From an uncultured Chloroflexia bacterium (GTDB lineage Bacteria > Chloroflexota > Limnocylindria > Limnocylindrales > CSP1-4): a stretch of 64,000 nucleotides of DNA. This document shows positions 56,436 through 64,000 of this stretch, piece by piece. Each line of letters starts with the position of its first letter. The first letter of the stretch is position 1. The stretch is taken from assembly GCA_963778025.1 (NCBI GenBank), contig CAVZTA010000013.1:27811-91810 (forward strand). The letters run 5' to 3'. The notes beneath the pieces were generated by a model, which was not told the origin of the DNA, did no database searches, and saw nothing but the letters and a program-made list of their open reading frames with translations. The translations under genes and the position numbers were made by a program.

Positions 56436-59241
56436 GTGCCTCCCACCCCTCGTCGCCCCGCCGGCGACCCCGCGTCCGCGCCTGCCCCGGAAGCGCGCCG
56501 ACGTGCTCGACGAAGCCTCGGCGAGGGGCCTGGGCAGGGCACCTGGCTCGAGCTCGCGGACCCGCCGGCGGCCGTCGACGTGGCCGCTCCGCCGGACGAC
56601 GGCGGGGCCGGCACCACGCTCGACGAGGATGACGCCCGCCCGAAGGTCGCGACGCTCCCCGACGAGCCCGACTGGCTGACCGAGGCGATCGACGCCGCGC
56701 CGCGCGCGGCCGGGACCAGCGGCGTCATCGATGAGGCGACGGCGCTCGCCGCGCTGGCCGAACGGCGCGAGGCCCGGGCGCGCGAGCTCGTCGGTCACCT
56801 CAACGAGGAGCAGGCACGCGCCGTCACGACGACCGACGGCCCGCTGCTCATCCTCGCCGGCGCCGGCAGCGGCAAGACCAGGGTCATCGCCCATCGCATC
56901 GCCTACCTGATGGGCGTGAAGGGCGTGAACCCGCGCCGGATCCTGGCCGTGACCTTCACCAACCGCGCGGCAGGCGAGCTGCGGGAGCGGATCGTCGGGC
57001 TCGCCGGGGACGCGGGCACCGAGGTGGAGGCGGGCACGTTCCACAGCCTCAACGCCCGGGTGCTCCGGCGAGACGGCGACGCCATCGGCCTCGACCGGCG
57101 GTTCGTGATCTACGACAGCGACGACCAGCAGCAGCTGATGAAGCGGATCCTCAACGACGAGGACCTGCCCGCGAACGGCGAGTTCCGGCCGGCGGCGATC
57201 CTGGGCGCGATCAGCCGGGCGAAGAACGAGATGCTCAGCCTCGAGGACCTGGCACAGCACGCGACCACGCACCGCGAGCGGATCATCGCGAGGCTCGCCC
57301 GTCAGTACGAGACGCGCCTCCGGGCGGCCAACGCGCTCGACTTCGACGACCTGCTGCTCAAGGCCGTCGAGCTGTTCGACCAGGCACCCCAGGTGCTCGA
57401 GAAGTACCAGGCACGCTGGCGCTACCTCCACGTCGACGAGTACCAGGACACGAACCGGCCGCAATACCTGTGGATCCGAGCGCTTGCCGCGAAGTACCGG
57501 AACCTCACGGTCGTCGGGGACGACGACCAGTCGATCTACGGCTGGCGCGGCGCGGACGTCCAGAACATCCTCGACTTCGAGCGCGACTGGCCGGACGCGA
57601 CCGTCGTCAAGCTCGAGCGGAACTACCGCTCCACCCAGCTCATCCTCGACGCCGCCCACGCGGTCGTCAGCCGGAACGAGCGGCGGAAGGAGAAGAAGCT
57701 CTGGACGTCGAACCAGGGCGGGCGGCCGATCCAGCGCTTCGAGGCCTACAACGAGGAGGAGGAGGCGGAGTGGATCGCCCGCCAGATCGAGGGGCTGACG
57801 GGCGGCAAGGGCTCGCTGCTCACGAGGCGGGCCGACGACGACGAGGACGGTCCCTTCCGCGCCCGCGACATCGCGGTCATGTACCGGATGAACGCCCAGT
57901 CCCGGGCGATCGAGGAATCGTTCCTGCGCTATGGCCTTCGGTACCAGCTCGTCGGTGGGGTCCGGTTCTACCAGCGGCGCGAGGTGAAGGACGCCCTCGC
58001 GTACCTGCGGATCCTGCGCTCCGACACCGATGTGGTGAGCTTCGAGCGGATCATCAACGTGCCGTCGCGCGGCATCGGCGACAAGAGCCTCGAAGCGCTC
58101 CGCCGGTGGTCGGCGCAGACGGAAAAGCCCGCCTGGGACGCGATCGAAGCCGGCGCCTCGGGTGATCTCGAGGGCCTCCAGCCGCGGATCCGGTCCGCGC
58201 TGTCGGACTTCGCCAACCTCGTCCGGCGGCTCCGACGGCGGGTCGGGCTGCTCGCGCTGCCCGAGCTCCTCGACGAGGTCCTCGAGCAGTCGGGCTACCG
58301 CGCGATGCTCGCCGACGGCTCGGAGGAGGGCGAGGAGCGCTGGGCGAACCTGCTCGAGCTGCGCGAGGTCACCTCGCGCTACGCGGACCTCACGCCGGAG
58401 GACGCCCTCGACCGGCTGCTCGAGGAGACCGCGCTGGTCGCCGACCAGGACGCCTACGAGGGCGACGCCGACGCGGTGACGCTCATCACGCTCCACGCCG
58501 CGAAGGGCCTGGAGTTCCCGGTCGTGTTCATCGCGGGTCTCGAGGAGGGGCTGTTCCCGCACAACCGTGCGCTCGACGACGAGCAGGAGCTGGAGGAGGA
58601 GCGGCGGCTCGCGTACGTGGGCATCACGCGCGCCAAGCGACGGCTCTATCTGTCCCACGCCTGGCGGCGCGCCACGTGGGGTGGTGGCGGGATGAGCGTC
58701 CCGTCGCGGTTCCTCATCGAGATCCCGCCCGAGCTGATGGTCGGCCCGCAGCTGACCCAGGGCGACTACGGCTCGGACCTCGACCCCGACCTGGTCTTCG
58801 GGGAGCGACGGGTGAACCGCTTCGGGACGACGATCCGGACGGGCGGCGGCGCCTATCGCCAGGGGAGCGGCCGCCCGGGAGCCCCGCCACCGGGCGAGAC
58901 CTTCCGGCCGTCGCGCGACCTCGACGCGCGGCGAGGCGCGTACGCCGGCGGCGCCCCATCGGGTTCGCTCGGTCGCCTCGACGAGCCGAGCGACTCCGTG
59001 GTGACCCGCCCTGCCGACGCCGCGCCCGCTCGCGGCACCATCCCGCCTCGCCCCATCATCCCGGGCGAGCGGCGCTATCGCGACGGCGACCGTATCCGCC
59101 ACGTGCGCTGGGGCGACGGGATCGTCGTCACCTCGAAGCTCACCCGTGACGACGAGGAGGTCACGGTGGTCTTCCACGACCCGCAGGTCGGGCCGCAAGA
59201 CGATGCTCGCGAGCCTCGCCAACCTCGAGCTCGTCGGGTGA
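56436..59241 (+). CDS. pcrA: UvrD/PcrA SF1 DNA helicase; frameshift near 59190
   Basis: AGAGSGKT, TFTNRAA, VDEYQDTN, GDDDQSIYGWRGA, NYRST, HAAKGLEF, EERRLAYVGITRA; C-terminal Tudor-like H.RWG.G domain ending LANLELVG-stop in shifted frame. Confidence 0.95.
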
Positions 59242-60365
59242 CGACGCCGCCGCCGGCCCGCACCGCGCCCATCGCCTACCCGCCCACCGCCGACCCGCCG
59301 ATCGACCTTGCGACGATCGCCGCGCTCGAGGACTTCGAGCCGGCGGCACGGGATCGGATGCACCCCATCGGCTACTCCTATGTGGCGGGCGGCGCGTGGG
59401 CCGGCGAGACGGTGGTCGAGAACATCGCCGCGTGGCGGCGCTTCCGGCTGGTCCCGCGCGTGCTCGTCGACATCGGAGCCGTCGACCTTCGGACGACGCT
59501 GCTGGGGCGCGAGGTGGCGATGCCGCTGGGGATCGCGCCCGCCGCTCTCCATGGGCTGGCCCACCTGGAGGCCGAGCGCGCGACCGCGCGCGCCGCCACG
59601 GAGGCCGGCGTCCTGCAGGTCGTCTCGACCGCCGCCAGCGCCAGCCTCGAGGAGGTGGCCGACGCCGCGCCGGGCGGGCCGCGCTGGTTCCAGCTGTACG
59701 TCGCTCGCGACCATGGGTTCACCCGTTCGCTCGTCGAACGTGCCGAAGCGGCCGGGTACGACGCCATCGCCCTCACCGTGGACCTGCCGGTCCTCGGGCG
59801 CCGGGTGGACCTCCAGCGGCACGGGTTCGATCCCGGGGTCGGGTGTTACGGGAACTTCCCCCTGGCCGACGAGCTGGGCGGCGACCCCAGCGAGCTCATC
59901 GACACGCGGTCGATCGGATTCCTGTGGCGCGACCTGGACACGATCCGAACGTGGTCATCGCTGCCCCTCGTGCTGAAGGGGATCCTGGCGCCCGAAGACG
60001 CACGCCTGGCGATCGAGCACGGAGCGGCGGGCGTCTGGGTCTCGAACCACGGCGGCCGGCAGCTCGACCGCGTGCTGAGCGGAGCGGAGGCACTGGCGCC
60101 CATCGTCGACGCGGTCGAGGGTCGGGCGGAGGTCTACGTCGACGGCGGGATCCGCTGGGGGACCGACGTGCTCACCGCGCTCGCGCTCGGAGCGCGGGCG
60201 GTGTTCACGGCGCGTCCGTTCCTGTACGCCCTCGCGTGTGCCGGCGAGGCGGGCGTGGCGCATGGCCTGGCGATCATGCGTGACGAGCTGGAGCGCGGAC
60301 TGGCGCTGCTGGGTGTGCGTTCACCCGGCGAGGTGACACGCGCACACGTCCAGGCGCCGCGCTAG
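59238..60365 (+). CDS. FMN-dependent alpha-hydroxy acid oxidase/dehydrogenase
   Basis: WFQLY, LTVD, LVLKGI, VSNHGGRQLD, DGGIR; GTGA overlap with pcrA stop. Confidence 0.93.
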   Translation: MTTPPPARTAPIAYPPTADPPIDLATIAALEDFEPAARDRMHPIGYSYVAGGAWAGETVVENIAAWRRFRLVPRVLVDIGAVDLRTTLLGREVAMPLGIAPAALHGLAHLEAERATARAATEAGVLQVVSTAASASLEEVADAAPGGPRWFQLYVARDHGFTRSLVERAEAAGYDAIALTVDLPVLGRRVDLQRHGFDPGVGCYGNFPLADELGGDPSELIDTRSIGFLWRDLDTIRTWSSLPLVLKGILAPEDARLAIEHGAAGVWVSNHGGRQLDRVLSGAEALAPIVDAVEGRAEVYVDGGIRWGTDVLTALALGARAVFTARPFLYALACAGEAGVAHGLAIMRDELERGLALLGVRSPGEVTRAHVQAPR

Positions 60366-60380
60366 CGACGGCGCTCGCGA

Positions 60381-60412
60381 AGACGCCCCGCCGGCGGACC
60401 GACGGGGCGTCT
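60381..60412. terminator. Hairpin between convergent genes (likely bidirectional terminator)
   Basis: AGACGCCCCG...CGGGGCGTCT 10-bp perfect outer stem. Confidence 0.7.
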
Positions 60413-60433
60413 GCGCTGTCGCGAGGCGTCGCG

Positions 60434-61438
60434 TCAGGGGCTGACGCTCACCGTCTGGTTCGAGGTCGGCGCCGTGTTCGCGCGGTCGAACGTGGCCTGG
60501 GTGTTCCCATTGAACTTCGGGCCGTACATGTTGCTGATGCCGCTGTAGCCGTAGGAGTTCAGGCCGTTCAGCGTGCCCGCGCCGGACGTCTCGCTGAAGC
60601 CCGTGAGCCAGGGTCCGCCGGACGAGCCGCCGGTCATGTCGCACGCCATCCCGATCGTCGCGTTGCCGTTGTACGGGTCGTTCGCCGGCGTGCCCTTGCA
60701 GTACGTGAGATCGCTGCCGTTGTACTTGCCGGCCGCCGGATAGCCGAAGGCGTAGGTCGTGCCAGAGGCCGTCGAGAACGAGATCGGGAACGAGCCGACC
60801 GTCGCGTCGAGCTGGGTATTCGACTTGCCGCCCGCCGGGACCACGGCGAAGGTCCAGTCGTGCTTCGTCGCCTGGGTGTTGAATCCACCGGCCGTGGTGA
60901 AGCCGGAGTCGAGCACGAGGGCCCGCGCCGTCCAGCAGCCGTAGATCGTGTTGGCACACGTGTAGGTGGGCGCGCCGTCGAAGTTCGGGATGAACATCCA
61001 GTTGCGCGCGAACCCGCCATCCTGGCCGTCATACCCACAGTGGCCGGCCGTGAGGACGATCGAGACACTCGCCTGGTTGTCGTTCACCACGGTGCCCGAG
61101 CAGATGTAGTCGCCGCTGTTCAGCGTGAACACGACCTTGCCGCTCTTGACCTGGATCTGGCCGCCCTTCGTCCAGGACGCGCCGGTGACGTTGCCTCCGC
61201 CGCCGCCCGGCCTGGGCGGCTTCGCATCCTGGTGGGGCGCCTTCTCGAATCCGCCGCTCGGCGCCCGCAAGAAGTCACGCGGCTTGGCATGTGCGATCCG
61301 TGACGCCGTCCAGTACGCGAGCGTCCGCTGGTGCGCGTTCTGGGCGGGCTTCGCTGCCACGGCTGTCCCGGCCGAGGCGATCGTCAACCCGATGACCAAC
61401 CCCAGTCCGAGCACGGCGAAGCGACGTCGACCCCGCAT
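60434..61438 (-). CDS. Secreted trypsin-like (S1, V8/glutamyl endopeptidase-like) serine protease
   Basis: Signal peptide, YWT propeptide, CSG, LTAGHC, HDW, GGSSGGPW; GGAGGA SD. Confidence 0.88.
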   Translation of the reverse strand: MRGRRRFAVLGLGLVIGLTIASAGTAVAAKPAQNAHQRTLAYWTASRIAHAKPRDFLRAPSGGFEKAPHQDAKPPRPGGGGGNVTGASWTKGGQIQVKSGKVVFTLNSGDYICSGTVVNDNQASVSIVLTAGHCGYDGQDGGFARNWMFIPNFDGAPTYTCANTIYGCWTARALVLDSGFTTAGGFNTQATKHDWTFAVVPAGGKSNTQLDATVGSFPISFSTASGTTYAFGYPAAGKYNGSDLTYCKGTPANDPYNGNATIGMACDMTGGSSGGPWLTGFSETSGAGTLNGLNSYGYSGISNMYGPKFNGNTQATFDRANTAPTSNQTVSVSP

Positions 61439-61580
61439 CCTCTGTCCTCCCGGCATGTCGCGACGGCGGTGGGCGCCGCGCTCAGTACCCGTACGGTACT
61501 GGTTCGTCCGAGCCAGGGCGCGTCGTGCACATGACGTATCCCGCCCCGCGGTGCCTCGGCGCACCGACCCGCGCGCTCTC

Positions 61581-63839
<2,259 letters not shown>

Positions 63840-63867
63840 CGACACGGGCTGAAGGGAGGGGCAGGGC

Positions 63868-64000
63868 ATGGATCGAACGACCGCGCCGATCGATGATGAG
63901 CGGATCGATGACGCGGTCGAAGCCGCCGAGATCCCGCCGCCGCTCGCGGACGTTCCGGTCACGCGCGAGGATCTCCGGATCGCCGAGCACGGCCTGGAGC
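63868..64000 (+). CDS. Start of a hypothetical protein running off the window
   Basis: GGGAGG SD, ATG 63868, frame open to the window end. Confidence 0.5.
   Translation, partial: MDRTTAPIDDERIDDAVEAAEIPPPLADVPVTREDLRIAEHGLE

Noticed and set aside
56319-60365. Apparent helicase-alpha-hydroxy acid oxidase fusion (1348 aa)
   Set aside because: The natural PcrA end RKTMLASLANLELVG-TGA is in the adjacent frame with a GTGA overlap at 59238-59241.

Overview
A very GC-rich bacterial chromosomal segment. Gene content, GC and style suggest a monoderm such as Chloroflexota/Limnocylindria or an actinobacterium-like lineage; this is inference only. In order, it holds the 3' end of one peptide ABC ATPase facing a complete oppABCDF-type operon, a split glutaminase+NadE pair, rsmI, a Ca2+/H+ antiporter, a six-hairpin glycosidase-like gene, an atypical ssb and a GGDEF/HD-GYP gene. 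Next come a purA-D-B-C-S-Q-L-F-M-N::H operon with a structured leader, a four-gene 2TM coiled-coil / SBP-VWA / PspA(ESCRT-III)-like / AAA+ cluster, a MIO-less ammonia-lyase homologue with an MFS transporter, and metG. The rest is an HTH-nuclease gene flanked by REP-like repeats, tatD, CIRCE-groESL, secreted proteases, pcrA, an FMN alpha-hydroxy acid oxidase and ligA. Many genes, including core ones, carry single-base frameshifts, most likely assembly errors, so several apparent fusions in the ORF track are artefacts. The best novelty candidates are the PspA-AAA-VWA membrane cluster, the repeat-flanked HTH-nuclease cassette, a MetRS whose HIGH motif reads GLHT, a circularly permuted OppA, the MIO-less lyase and the purA leader RNA. 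No rRNA, tRNA or CRISPR array was recognised.
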